From IMG/VR virus record IMGVR_UViG_3300050343_000230, positions 1-64,000 of that record: a stretch of DNA of 64,000 nt; one strand, written 5' to 3'. A model generated the notes under the pieces. It saw only the letters and a list, made by a program, of their open reading frames with translations, did not search any database and was not told the DNA's origin. The stretch comes from a virus. The position numbers and the translations under genes are program-made. Below, piece by piece: positions 36,290 to 46,963 of this stretch (its first letter is position 1; the number at the start of each line of letters is the position of its first letter).

Positions 36290-38746
36290 GTGGCAAATAG
36301 AAGAATAACGCAATTCCCTGTTATTGCACCAGGGGATATCAACGATCAAGACGTGCTTACTTTGGTGCACGTTTTTGAAGTTGACCCTGCACTGCGTAAT
36401 AAAAAGTTTAGCTTTGAACAGCTTCGTTTATATCTAGACGAATACTATATCAACACAGCAGAGTTTGATCCTCTGGTAGCAGGAAATGTTATTGTTTCTG
36501 GATACGCCATTATCAGTGGCGAAAGCATTTTTGGATCAACGTTAAATGTTAGTGGTAATACTTTTTTCTCTTCTGATGTAACAATCACAGGAGACCTAAA
36601 CGTATTAGGAGATTTAAATCTCACTGGTGACTTAAACGTAGACGATATTGATGCAGTTTTTATTACCACTGATGGATTCGAAGCTCAAGTATCTGGTTTT
36701 ATTAATAATCTTTCTGGTAATACAATCCAAGCCACAAGTGGAACGTATCAACACACTTCTACTGTTACGCAAACAGGTATTACTTCTAATTTTGTTAACG
36801 GTAATTTCACCAACTTAACAGCAGATTTTGTTGATATAGGAACAATTGAAGTCAGTGGTATCACTATTACAGGTGAGCTGATTTCTAGTGGAACAATCAA
36901 TGCAAATGATATCAATGTAACTGGCACCCTATCGGGCGCAACAATTACTGGTGATGTTGTTAATGTTACAGATCTGAACGTTACCAGCGGGAATTTCGAT
37001 TACATCTCCGGTATCACAATTACTGGCGACAACGTTGGAATTGCTAACGGTGAATTTACCAGTATGACTGGTGAAGACCTACGCTCCCTTAATCTCTCTG
37101 GTACGACAATCACCGGAGAAGATGTTTTCATCTTTAACGCGACCATTGTTAGTGGCAGCTATCAAACTCTGACGGGGCAAACCTTTACAGGAAACACTAG
37201 CAATATTCTGGACGCAAACATTACTGACTTGTATGCAGAAGTTGCAAACATTGATAATGCAACAATTACTGGTTTAACAGTACACACAATTACTGGAGAT
37301 GTTGCACAGTTTGAAGCCTTGTACGTTAGTGGTGATGCCACTATTACAGGCAATATAAATGTCAGCGGTGACCTTGTTATTGATGACATTACTGCTGATC
37401 ACATTGTTGCCAACAGCGGAGAATTTGGATCAGGCTATTTTCAATACCTTTCAGGCTTAGTAATCTCTGGGGAGAAAGGAGAATTTGGTCAAATTGACGT
37501 TACAGTTCTCAATGCGGCTGCTCTTCAATTTTCAGGTAACCAGGCTATTAGTGGAAGTTTAGATGTTATTGGAGATATTACAGTTACCGGAGATGTTTAT
37601 GTTCGAAGCGGTTTAACCGTCACAGGAACAATCAGTGGCACTTCAGGAATCTTCCCAACACTTGATTCAGATGTAACCAGAGTTAGTGGCCTCGAAGCTC
37701 AAGTTATCTGGATCAGTGGCGATGCTGTGGTCAGTGGTAATACTGAGTTACAAGGCAATTTAGATGTTAGTGGTTCACTGTCTACCAGTGGTGTTCTTAC
37801 CGTTCTTGACAACGTATTCGTCAGTGGTGATGTTGTAGTTGGCCCAAGTGGTGATCTTATTGTTTCTGGTGAAAGCCTCTTTGAAGGCAGTGGTTTATTC
37901 CTGGAAGATGCAATCTTTGCATCTGATGCAACAATCACTGGTGGCCTTAGTGTCTCAGGTGATTTAGAAATTGCTGGAGGCATTATGCTCACTGGTGATT
38001 TAAATGTCAATGATTTAACAGTTCGCAATGAATTATATGTAGGCAGCAATACAGTTATTAGTGGAGACCTCACTGTTACTGGTGGACTGTCAGTCAGTGG
38101 AGCAGCAGAATTTTTAAATGCCGTAACAATCTCAGGTGACCTGTCAGCTGATAACATTGTTGCGACAGGAAACATTATTGTTACAGACAATATTACTGCT
38201 ACAGGAGATATTTCTGGAGATAACGGCAATTTCCTCGGAACAATTACTGGTGACACAGTTCATGCGATCACAGTAACGGGAACGACTGCCAGTTTTACCT
38301 CTGGTTTATTTGACACGATTGTTGTCAGTGGTTCTCATACAATCAGCGGCAACTTAGCGGTAAGTGGTGATTTAGAAGTTGATGGTTCCGGTTTATTCCA
38401 AGGAACAGTAACGGGATCAACAGCAGACTTTACTTTCGTATATGGAAGGAATACCGTATCAGGATTAATTGTCACTGGCGAAACAGGTAATTTTACAGAG
38501 ATCCTTGCGAGTGGCATTGAATGTAGTGGCATCACTGTCATTGATGAACTTAACGTACCCTTTGGAACAGTAACTGAACCTGGATTAGGTTTTAAACGAC
38601 AAGGGCAGCCAACCGTTTATGACGGCATCATGTGTGAAAATATTGGCGGACAGTACAGTGAAATGACTTTCGTTAACCAGCAAGCGTCAGGAATGACACT
38701 TTCTTCTGGTAATGGAAGGTTCATTCTAACAATTTGGGGTGGCTAA
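36290..38746 (+). CDS. Long tail fibre/shaft protein with beta-repeats
   Basis: 818 aa dominated by [VI]SG/[VI]TG-x-L repeats; MAN.RITQ N-terminus typical of cyanophage fibres. Confidence 0.75.
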   Translation: MANRRITQFPVIAPGDINDQDVLTLVHVFEVDPALRNKKFSFEQLRLYLDEYYINTAEFDPLVAGNVIVSGYAIISGESIFGSTLNVSGNTFFSSDVTITGDLNVLGDLNLTGDLNVDDIDAVFITTDGFEAQVSGFINNLSGNTIQATSGTYQHTSTVTQTGITSNFVNGNFTNLTADFVDIGTIEVSGITITGELISSGTINANDINVTGTLSGATITGDVVNVTDLNVTSGNFDYISGITITGDNVGIANGEFTSMTGEDLRSLNLSGTTITGEDVFIFNATIVSGSYQTLTGQTFTGNTSNILDANITDLYAEVANIDNATITGLTVHTITGDVAQFEALYVSGDATITGNINVSGDLVIDDITADHIVANSGEFGSGYFQYLSGLVISGEKGEFGQIDVTVLNAAALQFSGNQAISGSLDVIGDITVTGDVYVRSGLTVTGTISGTSGIFPTLDSDVTRVSGLEAQVIWISGDAVVSGNTELQGNLDVSGSLSTSGVLTVLDNVFVSGDVVVGPSGDLIVSGESLFEGSGLFLEDAIFASDATITGGLSVSGDLEIAGGIMLTGDLNVNDLTVRNELYVGSNTVISGDLTVTGGLSVSGAAEFLNAVTISGDLSADNIVATGNIIVTDNITATGDISGDNGNFLGTITGDTVHAITVTGTTASFTSGLFDTIVVSGSHTISGNLAVSGDLEVDGSGLFQGTVTGSTADFTFVYGRNTVSGLIVTGETGNFTEILASGIECSGITVIDELNVPFGTVTEPGLGFKRQGQPTVYDGIMCENIGGQYSEMTFVNQQASGMTLSSGNGRFILTIWGG

Positions 38747-38788
38747 AGTAGAATGAAAAGATCAGTAGTGGTAGTCAGGTAGAAAATT

Positions 38789-39574
38789 ATGCCACAGTAT
38801 GGCGAAGTACGGGTTGATTACATCACCTATACAACCGGCGTTGTTCCGGCTGAAGGCAATCGGACTGTCACAGTTTCAAGCCTGATCGGTAACCCTACTT
38901 TTACTGGTGATGTCATTATCTCTGGTAACACATTTATCAGTGGTCAATTAGATGTTAGCGGTAACGTAATCTTTGACCAGAATTTAAATGTTAGTGGGGA
39001 TACTACTCTCAACAATTTAACTGTCACAGGAATTGCTTTTGTCGATGAATTGTATGTAAGTGGTGACACTACTGTTACTGGCAATGTTGGCATCAGTGGT
39101 GATACTGATATTCGCGGAAACTTAACTGTTACCGGGACATCTCAACAGATAGGAAATGCACAATTTGGAAGTGATGTTTGGATCAGTGGTCTAACCACAA
39201 TTAGTGGTGATCTTTACGTATCTGGCACTATTTCAGGTGCCACGGATGGTGGCGTAAATGGTTCTGGTTATTGGAAGATTCCTTCCGGTACATCTGCTGA
39301 ACGTCCTACTGGTGCAGGCCAAGTTCGTGCTGGCATGATCCGGTACAACACTACTCTTGATACATATGAAGGATTTGATGGTGGTGAATGGGGACCACTT
39401 GGTGGAGGTGCAACCGGTTCTGGGACTGATCGCGTATTTGTACTGAATGAACAAAGTGTCAACACTAACTACACGATCCCCGATCAGATGAACGCTACCA
39501 GCTGTGGACCGATTACAATTGAAAATACAGCAGAAGTCATCATTGGCGATGGCGAAAACTGGTCAATCGTTTAA
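38789..39574 (+). CDS. Tail fibre protein
   Basis: VSG repeats plus IPSGT.AERP...G.IRYNT....EG..G..W and GGATG.G.D.VF..N motifs. Confidence 0.8.
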   Translation: MPQYGEVRVDYITYTTGVVPAEGNRTVTVSSLIGNPTFTGDVIISGNTFISGQLDVSGNVIFDQNLNVSGDTTLNNLTVTGIAFVDELYVSGDTTVTGNVGISGDTDIRGNLTVTGTSQQIGNAQFGSDVWISGLTTISGDLYVSGTISGATDGGVNGSGYWKIPSGTSAERPTGAGQVRAGMIRYNTTLDTYEGFDGGEWGPLGGGATGSGTDRVFVLNEQSVNTNYTIPDQMNATSCGPITIENTAEVIIGDGENWSIV

Positions 39575-39585
39575 CTTAAAGAGCA

Positions 39586-41016
39586 ATGACATTACAACTA
39601 GGCGGCGACGGTGTAATTACAGGTTGTACTTCTCTTCAAGAACCTGATCTTACTGTTAGTGGTTTAACAATTAATGGCGCTCTAGAAGCTCCAAAAGCAA
39701 TCGTTAGTTCTGGTACTGCTGCAGAACCTTCTTATACGTTTAGTGGTGATATAGATACAGGTTTATATTATGCAGGCACTAACACTATTGGTGTGTCTAC
39801 TAATGGCACCCCTGCAGTAATAGTTAACGCTGTTCGCCAAGTGCTAGTGGGAACGACTAGTGCGCGTAGCGATTTTAATAACGGTACTGCATCTTGCAAA
39901 GTGCAGTTAGAAGGTACTAACTTTCCTTCTTCAAGTATTTCAATTACACGAAACTCTAGCGGTGTAGGAGCCCCCGCTCTTGAACTTGCAAAAACAAAAA
40001 GTACCGATGTTGGAGGAGTTGCGGCTGTTGTAGCTAATGACAAGCTTGGAACCATTAATTTTTCCGGATCGGATGGAACAGATCTTATCCGTGGTGCCAG
40101 GATTGAAGCTCACGTAGACGGTACACCTGGCACTGATGACATGCCAGGTCGCCTAGTGTTCTTAACTACTGCAGCTGGTATGGCATCACCAGCCGAACGT
40201 TTGAGAATTAATAAGGAAGGTAAGCTGTTGGTGGGGATTACTAGTGATTTTGGATCAGGTTCTGCCGGAGATCTTATTCAAGCTGCGTCAGGTTCAGGAG
40301 GTCATCTTTTACTTGGAAGAGAAGACTCCGCAGTAAGTGCCAATGAAACTATGGGACTTATCCGTGGCTATAGTTACGCAGGTAGCGTATGGGGAGAAGC
40401 TGCAAGAATTTCTCTTCAAGCTGATTCTAATCACATATCTACATCTAAACCCGGTCGCATACTTTTCTCCATTACTCCTGATAGTGCGACTACCCCTACG
40501 GAGCGTTTTAGACTTGATAATGAGGGTAGAGTTGATCATTTTGCTAGTGACGCAAATGCTTATGACTTACATGTCGCAGACAGTGGTGCTACTGACGTAG
40601 CTTTTGCGGTTAAAAGTGGTGCGACTAGCCTTGACGACGGCACCCTAGTCATGAACATATTGGCAGATGGTGATATAGAAAATGCAACTGGTAGGTACAC
40701 ACAAATTTCTGATCTTAAATTCAAAGAAAATATTATAAATGCTTCATCTCAATGGGAAGATCTTAAAGCGATTAGAATAGTAAACTTTAACTTCAAAGAA
40801 GAAAAAAATTGGGGTACGCACAAGCAAATTGGTGTTGTCGCTCAAGAAATTGAGGCTGTTTCTCCTGGTCTTGTTTGTCAAAGAAAAGAGGAAAATGGCG
40901 AAGAGTATAAATCCGTTGCATACTCCGTGCTCTATATGAAGGCAGTCAAAGCTCTTCAAGAAGCGATAGAGCGTATCGAAACCCTTGAACAACGCCTAAC
41001 TGATGCTGGCCTTTGA
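39586..41016 (+). CDS. Tail fibre with C-terminal peptidase S74 intramolecular chaperone
   Basis: SDLKFKENI...IGVVAQE.E.V.P.LV...KALQEA...IE.LE. Confidence 0.88.
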   Translation: MTLQLGGDGVITGCTSLQEPDLTVSGLTINGALEAPKAIVSSGTAAEPSYTFSGDIDTGLYYAGTNTIGVSTNGTPAVIVNAVRQVLVGTTSARSDFNNGTASCKVQLEGTNFPSSSISITRNSSGVGAPALELAKTKSTDVGGVAAVVANDKLGTINFSGSDGTDLIRGARIEAHVDGTPGTDDMPGRLVFLTTAAGMASPAERLRINKEGKLLVGITSDFGSGSAGDLIQAASGSGGHLLLGREDSAVSANETMGLIRGYSYAGSVWGEAARISLQADSNHISTSKPGRILFSITPDSATTPTERFRLDNEGRVDHFASDANAYDLHVADSGATDVAFAVKSGATSLDDGTLVMNILADGDIENATGRYTQISDLKFKENIINASSQWEDLKAIRIVNFNFKEEKNWGTHKQIGVVAQEIEAVSPGLVCQRKEENGEEYKSVAYSVLYMKAVKALQEAIERIETLEQRLTDAGL

Positions 41017-41068
41017 TCTTAAATAAAAATCTCTCACGTTAGAATAGTTAAAAAGTAGTTGGTAAAAA

Positions 41069-42829
41069 ATGTCTGGCGTTCTTCGTTTAAGCAATAACGT
41101 TACTGGTCGCAGCACCATTGTTGCTTCTGCAAATACTGACCAGACTTTTACTTTGCCTTCAATTGGCGGTACACTGTTAACTGGTGGAAGCAGCTTAGAA
41201 GTAATATTTCCTCCAGGAACAGAAGCCTTACCTGGTCTTCATGTACAAGGTGATGTAGATACAGGTTTATATGCTCCTGCAGCAAATTCATTAGGTATTT
41301 CTACGGCAGGATCCCAGCGCCTAATAATTGACGCTTCTGGCAGGGTTGGAATTGGAAATTCAACTATGTACCAATACTTAGAAGTAGGCTTTACTGACGA
41401 CAATGCTACTTTTCAAGGCACTGGTGCTTTCGGAGATTGGGGTGCAGGTTCTAGAGGGATTTTACTTGAAAACAAAAGTTCTACTACTGGCTCTAAAGTA
41501 TTAGCTCAATTTAGAAACACTGCTAATGATTGGTTTGCAGGCACCGCTCATAATGGAACTAACACTGATTTTATACTTCAGCGTGAAAATTTTGATCCTA
41601 CCCTAATAGTTAGTGCCGAGGGCAGGCTGTTGATGGGCACACCGTCTGATATTACTGGTAGTACAAATTATATTCTCCAAGCTGCAACCACAGGTGGTGG
41701 AAGTATAGCTCTTGCTAGAAATGATGGGACAGTAGGAGTAAATGAATCCATGGGGAGGATTACCTTTTATGGTAATGACGGGGGAACTTATGAAGCTGTT
41801 GGTCAAATTGATTGTCAAGCAGATGATCCTCATGCAGCAGGTGACAAACCAGGTCGCCTAGTGTTCTCCACTACTGCAGATGGTGCGTCAGCAGTAACTG
41901 AGCGAATGCGACTGGACAGTTCGGGTTCGTTGTTGATTGGGTCTACTCAAAATCAGATAGTTGGAAGAGGATCTATTGGCGGACGTCTTCAAGTTAGTGC
42001 TGATGACAACGAAGCAGCAATAACAATTAAAAGAGCCACTGCGGGTGCATTCGGTAGCTATCTTGGCCTTGGTAAAGCGAGAGGAACACTAGCGTCACCT
42101 AGCATCGTTCTAGATGGTGATGAACTTGGAACAATTTCTTTTGGAGCTTATGACGGAACAGACTACGCATCATTTGCTGCACAAATCACAGCTATTGTAG
42201 ATGGTCTTACCGGTGAAAATAACACTCCAGGGAAGCTTCATATCTATACGACTCCTGCTGGAGGTAGTCAATCATTGGCACGAATGCAGATAGATGCTCG
42301 TGGGCAGTTTATAGCTATATCAGATGGAACAGGCTCTGTTGACAATATGTTATCAACTCTAGGTGCCAGTAGTAGTAGCACAAAACTACTTTCTTGTCGG
42401 CGTAATGCAACTAGTGAAAATTTTGGATCAGGAACAGAAGTCTGTGTAATCCGAAGAAATGGAGATCTTGATAACACGAACAATTCGTATGGCGCTCTTT
42501 CTGATATTAAACTAAAAGAAAATATCGTTGATGCTGGCTCTCAGTGGGAGGACTTAAAAGCAATTCGGTTCCGTAAATACAATTACAAAAAAGAAACCAG
42601 AAACGATACGCTTACGCAACTAGGTGTTATTGCACAAGAGCTTGAACTTGTTTCCCCTGGCCTGGTTACCACTACTCCAGACCTGGACGAAAACGATGTT
42701 GATCTTGGCACAACTACTAAAAGTGTCAAATATTCGGTGTTAACCCTGAAAGCACTTGTTGCATTACAAGAAGCCATGACTCGAATTGAAGCTCTTGAAA
42801 CCGAAGTCAGCTCACTTCGAGCTAAATGA
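41069..42829 (+). CDS. Tail fibre with C-terminal peptidase S74 intramolecular chaperone
   Basis: SDIKLKENI...LGVIAQELE.V.P.LV; paralogous to the upstream gene. Confidence 0.88.
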   Translation: MSGVLRLSNNVTGRSTIVASANTDQTFTLPSIGGTLLTGGSSLEVIFPPGTEALPGLHVQGDVDTGLYAPAANSLGISTAGSQRLIIDASGRVGIGNSTMYQYLEVGFTDDNATFQGTGAFGDWGAGSRGILLENKSSTTGSKVLAQFRNTANDWFAGTAHNGTNTDFILQRENFDPTLIVSAEGRLLMGTPSDITGSTNYILQAATTGGGSIALARNDGTVGVNESMGRITFYGNDGGTYEAVGQIDCQADDPHAAGDKPGRLVFSTTADGASAVTERMRLDSSGSLLIGSTQNQIVGRGSIGGRLQVSADDNEAAITIKRATAGAFGSYLGLGKARGTLASPSIVLDGDELGTISFGAYDGTDYASFAAQITAIVDGLTGENNTPGKLHIYTTPAGGSQSLARMQIDARGQFIAISDGTGSVDNMLSTLGASSSSTKLLSCRRNATSENFGSGTEVCVIRRNGDLDNTNNSYGALSDIKLKENIVDAGSQWEDLKAIRFRKYNYKKETRNDTLTQLGVIAQELELVSPGLVTTTPDLDENDVDLGTTTKSVKYSVLTLKALVALQEAMTRIEALETEVSSLRAK

Positions 42830-42858
42830 TTTAAACTAGTATTACTAGGACGTAAAAA

Positions 42859-45651
42859 ATGAGTACGCTACGCGCATCTAATTTGATTCATGGTACTACA
42901 AGTATCAACAACATTGTTCTAGATGGACAAGGTCGCGCAATTTTTGGCCCTAATAGTTCTTTTGGTCGCGCTGCTCTTTATGTAGATCCGCAAACTAATA
43001 GAATAGGAGTTAACAAGGAGACTCCTACTGTTGCTTTAGATGTTGATGGCTCTATTAATGCAACAGGAAGTCTTAATTTTAGTGGTACTTTAAATCTTAC
43101 AGCAGATTTAGCAGTTGATACAAATACTTTATACGTAAATTCAACTACTAATCGTGTCGGACTTAAAAATAGTTCTCCTCAGTCTTTGCTACAAATTGGG
43201 TCTAGCACACCAGATGAAGAAGTTTATATTACTTTTGGTAAAACACTAGCATCCACTCAAACTAATCTACCTGTTATTGGACAGACGTCGCTTGATGGCG
43301 TAAGTAATGATTTAGCTATTGCTACTCGTTCTAGCACCGGAAAATTATTATTTTATACAGGGGCAGCTAACATTGCTAATATTGGTATAGGTACAAGTGA
43401 TAATAAAGCCCGTCTTCAAATTAATGAAGAAGGTCAACTTTTAGTTAACCCAAACAATGCATCAACAGGTGCAGCTGAAGCGGTTGTTATTTATGGTTAT
43501 GGTGATAGTAACAATATCTTAAAAGTATATGGCGCAGACGTAACTGCCGCGCCTTTTACATCCTTAGGTATAAATGGTGATATCGCATATGTAACAGGAG
43601 GCAACAACGGCACTGCATTTTGCAATCTAGCCCTCAGATGTACGCCTGCCACCGGAGTGGAAGCAACAGAATTATTTATATCAAGCAATGATGGTACATA
43701 TGCTGCCTTCTTTGGTGGAGATGCAAGCAGTAATGTTACGAACAGTAGCAATAATGTTCAAGTATATGGAGGAACTACTAACCGACCAAGACTTAGCCTG
43801 ATAACGAGTGATACCAGCATCGGAGATACCGCTGAGCTAGGTCGCTTTAACTGGTGGAATAACGACGGAGGGACATACGATGAGCTTGCGTATATGCGTG
43901 TTCTTGCTGATCAAGCCTTTAGTGCTGGTAATAAAGGATCACGTATTACCTGGGGCACTACGGCTAATGGTGCTACAACACCTACTGATCATATGATCTT
44001 GAGTTCGGCAGGTGATTTAACAGTTAGTAACGTTTTAAACGTAAGAGAAGCAATTGATTTAGCCGATAATGATGTCTTGCGCTTTGGCAGTGGTGATGAT
44101 TGTCAGATGGTGCATGATGGCTCACATTTCTATATTAAATTATTAGCTGATGACGACTTAATTATTAAAGATGAAAACAACGACGTAACTGCACTTAGGC
44201 TTGATTCTAGTGCTCGTCGTCTTTATGTTCAAGATAATATATACGCTGGTTATAACTTAACTGATTACAATAGCGGTACAAGTAATGCTGTAACTACATA
44301 CTGTAGAGATGCTGCTAATCAAGCTGCTGATACATGGACTGCCTATGCAAGTATCACTGCTGATTTCCGTGGTAATGCAAATGAAACAACTACTGAATCT
44401 ACACATCATTTTATTTCAGAAATAAAAGACCGAGCGGGTAATAGAACTGTTATTAACAAACTCGATGTTAACGGATCGCATTGGGCCTTTGGAAGTGTGT
44501 ATGCAGGACGGACGCAAAATTCTACAACCAGTACAGCTACAAATTACTATCAGCGTACTGGTAATGGCTATGGATTTCATAGTTATAACAGCATACCGTA
44601 TGCGACGGGTAAGAAATATGGAACTACCTATCGCGCTTATATAAAAATGAGTGCAGTATTTGATGATGCAGATGATAGAAAAGCTTTGTATGGGATCAAA
44701 TCAGATGCTGATAGTGTTATTGATTACGACGCAGATCAATATTTAGCCTGCTCTGCAATGGGGCGGTTTGATGTAAAAGGTGGTATTCGATCAGGGCGTG
44801 TTGAATCAGATGAAGCATCTCCTAACCAAATTTATGCACCAGTAGGCTGGGGTGGTGGTACTGGCATATTATCGTACACAACCAATAGTAATTCTTACAC
44901 TGCAATTTATGGACGCACTACAGCTAATACCGATCCTGTCTTACGCGTCCGTGTTAACCAAAGTGCTGATAAAGTACGTATTCAATCAAACGGTCAAGCT
45001 TATACAGATGGAGCTTGGAACAATGTCCCTGCTGACTATGCAGAATATTTTGAATGGGAAGATGGTAACCTTAACGATGAAGATAGAAGGGGTTTGCCTG
45101 TAGTCTTAGTTCAAGATGGCAAAATTCGTATTGCAACAACGGAAGACGATAGTGAAAGTATTATCGGTGTTATTTCAGCTTATCCAGCATTTGTTGGCGA
45201 TGCAGCGGAATTATCTTGGCATGGAATGTATGAGAAAGATTCTTTTGGTAAACCTGTTGAAGAAGACGAGTTATGGTTGATTTGGAACAAAGACTATAAA
45301 GATGGACTCCCTATCAACCAGCCAATTGCAAGTGACCCAGATACCTGGGGAGCTTCTGACGGTTTTCCTTTGTCAGATCTTCCAGGCATTGAAAAAGCCA
45401 TGGCTGATGGAGTAGATACAGGCATTCCACGCTGGGCGATTGCTCAAAATTGCATTGTCAATAAGCCAAAGCAAATTGTATCAAGTGCTTATGATGCAAG
45501 TAAAGCCTATATTCCAAGATCAGAACGTAAGGAATGGGATACTGTTGGTTTAATTGGAAAATTACCAGTAGTTAAAGGTTCTCCTATAGGTTCTAGGTGG
45601 ATTAAGATGGGTGAGTTGTCCGATACCTTAGATCGTTATTTTGTCCGTTAA
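42859..45651 (+). CDS. Tail spike/fibre with peptidase G2-type autocleavage domain
   Basis: ADYAEYFEWEDGN...RRG..V...IIGVIS...YIPRSERKEW..VGL.GK. Confidence 0.85.
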   Translation: MSTLRASNLIHGTTSINNIVLDGQGRAIFGPNSSFGRAALYVDPQTNRIGVNKETPTVALDVDGSINATGSLNFSGTLNLTADLAVDTNTLYVNSTTNRVGLKNSSPQSLLQIGSSTPDEEVYITFGKTLASTQTNLPVIGQTSLDGVSNDLAIATRSSTGKLLFYTGAANIANIGIGTSDNKARLQINEEGQLLVNPNNASTGAAEAVVIYGYGDSNNILKVYGADVTAAPFTSLGINGDIAYVTGGNNGTAFCNLALRCTPATGVEATELFISSNDGTYAAFFGGDASSNVTNSSNNVQVYGGTTNRPRLSLITSDTSIGDTAELGRFNWWNNDGGTYDELAYMRVLADQAFSAGNKGSRITWGTTANGATTPTDHMILSSAGDLTVSNVLNVREAIDLADNDVLRFGSGDDCQMVHDGSHFYIKLLADDDLIIKDENNDVTALRLDSSARRLYVQDNIYAGYNLTDYNSGTSNAVTTYCRDAANQAADTWTAYASITADFRGNANETTTESTHHFISEIKDRAGNRTVINKLDVNGSHWAFGSVYAGRTQNSTTSTATNYYQRTGNGYGFHSYNSIPYATGKKYGTTYRAYIKMSAVFDDADDRKALYGIKSDADSVIDYDADQYLACSAMGRFDVKGGIRSGRVESDEASPNQIYAPVGWGGGTGILSYTTNSNSYTAIYGRTTANTDPVLRVRVNQSADKVRIQSNGQAYTDGAWNNVPADYAEYFEWEDGNLNDEDRRGLPVVLVQDGKIRIATTEDDSESIIGVISAYPAFVGDAAELSWHGMYEKDSFGKPVEEDELWLIWNKDYKDGLPINQPIASDPDTWGASDGFPLSDLPGIEKAMADGVDTGIPRWAIAQNCIVNKPKQIVSSAYDASKAYIPRSERKEWDTVGLIGKLPVVKGSPIGSRWIKMGELSDTLDRYFVR

Positions 45652-45683
45652 CTGCTATAGTATTTAGTGTTTAAACAAGACTA

Positions 45684-45863
45684 ATGGCCTGTAAAAAAAG
45701 TGAATTGATCGAAGCTATTAATACTTTGATCAGTGCAGTATCAACGAGGAACCAGAAGCTCTTAGCTTTTAGTTCTGAAGAGCTTTCATCTTGTATTGAT
45801 ACACTTGAATTCGAGCCAGAAGAGGAGATGATTAATGACGATCAACCTGAGCAAGTCGGCTAA
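45684..45863 (+). CDS. Small hypothetical protein (59 aa, not in ORF track)
   Basis: MACKKSELIEAINTLISAVSTRNQKLLAFSSEELSSCIDTLEFEPEEEMINDDQPEQVG. Confidence 0.6.
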   Translation: MACKKSELIEAINTLISAVSTRNQKLLAFSSEELSSCIDTLEFEPEEEMINDDQPEQVG

Positions 45864-46518
45864 GTACTACAAGGAAGAATCACATCAGTTAGCTGCCTGG
45901 AACTGGCTAGAAAGTCAGCTATCTGATGCTGTCCTTGATGAGTTTGCTGAACTGTATCGTGCTGGGCCTGTTAACCCCAGCACTAAAATCATCACACCAC
46001 AGATCTGTCAACAGTTAACTGGTTATTCAGCCAGTTCTTTTGACGATACTTTCTGTGGTGACTTTAATAAGTTGCTAACGATGACTGGCTTTGACAAGCA
46101 CAGAGAAGCAATGTGCATGTTGATTGCTAATCTCATGCACGAAACTGGCAACTTTAAGTGGATGTCTGAGATTGCTGATGGCTCAGCGTATGAAGGACGT
46201 CAAGATCTCGGAAATACGTCCCCTGGTGACGGGAAAAAATATAAAGGGGCCGGAGTCTTGATGCTGACAGGTAAGTACAATTACTCACGTGCAGCAGAGA
46301 AATTACAAGACCCGCTTATCTTGGAACGCGGATGGAAATATGTAACTGATCAGTATCCGTTTAGGTCCGCCTTAGGCTGGATTGAAGATAATGATTTGTT
46401 AAATGTCTGTCTTACAAAAGGATTCGACGACTGTTGCTACCGAATCAACGGAGGTTGGAACGGGTATGACGACCGGGCCGCAAAATTCTCCATCACTAAA
46501 AACGTATTCGGCGTTTAG
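45835..46518 (+). CDS. GH19 (chitinase-like) endolysin with N-terminal accessory domain
   Basis: HETGNF....E....YEGR.DLGN..PGDG.KYKG.G...LTG.YNY...RINGG.NG..DR. Confidence 0.88.
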   Translation: MTINLSKSAKYYKEESHQLAAWNWLESQLSDAVLDEFAELYRAGPVNPSTKIITPQICQQLTGYSASSFDDTFCGDFNKLLTMTGFDKHREAMCMLIANLMHETGNFKWMSEIADGSAYEGRQDLGNTSPGDGKKYKGAGVLMLTGKYNYSRAAEKLQDPLILERGWKYVTDQYPFRSALGWIEDNDLLNVCLTKGFDDCCYRINGGWNGYDDRAAKFSITKNVFGV

Positions 46519-46589
46519 TTCTACCGTCAGTGTGTTCTTAGGCATATGGGCTTTAACGTCCGTTACTATTTTATTGCGAGCAATGAACT

Positions 46590-46748
46590 ATGTCTAAAGA
46601 TAAAAGGATTCGTGTCAACGTTTGCTGGACACAAAGTGGTGAAAACCATTGCAAGACAATGGAAAAAGAAGAAGCCTATGCTCTCAAGCGTTGGTTAGAT
46701 AAGAGCAAAGAAGGCTTTACATATTGGTTTCAAGCACTTGAAAATTAA
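46590..46748 (+). CDS. Small hypothetical protein (52 aa, not in ORF track)
   Basis: MSKDKRIRVNVCWTQSGENHCKTMEKEEAYALKRWLDKSKEGFTYWFQALEN. Confidence 0.55.
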   Translation: MSKDKRIRVNVCWTQSGENHCKTMEKEEAYALKRWLDKSKEGFTYWFQALEN

Positions 46749-46963
46749 TCTTTTCTTCTACGTTTGAGGCGTTTAGAACGCTTAAACGCTTCATCACTCC
46801 ACTCAGGAGCTTCTTTTTTGTACTGCTTGATCGCTTCATCAATCGTATAGGGAAGCATTGCTTCGTTCTTACGACGCTCAAGTTCTTGGGCGATACGATC
46901 TTTATCACTCCTCAAACTCCATGTTGCTAAGAACACAGCATCTGGAGGAGTGACACCCTTCAC
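46745..46963 (-). CDS. Small hypothetical protein
   Basis: 72 aa, GTGA overlap with upstream gene. Confidence 0.55.
   Translation of the reverse strand: MKGVTPPDAVFLATWSLRSDKDRIAQELERRKNEAMLPYTIDEAIKQYKKEAPEWSDEAFKRSKRLKRRRKD

Noticed and set aside
36290-45651. Diversity-generating retroelement or invertible shufflon acting on tail fibres
   Set aside because: No reverse transcriptase, no repeat pair with adenine-specific mismatches, no active invertase, and all fibre genes share one orientation
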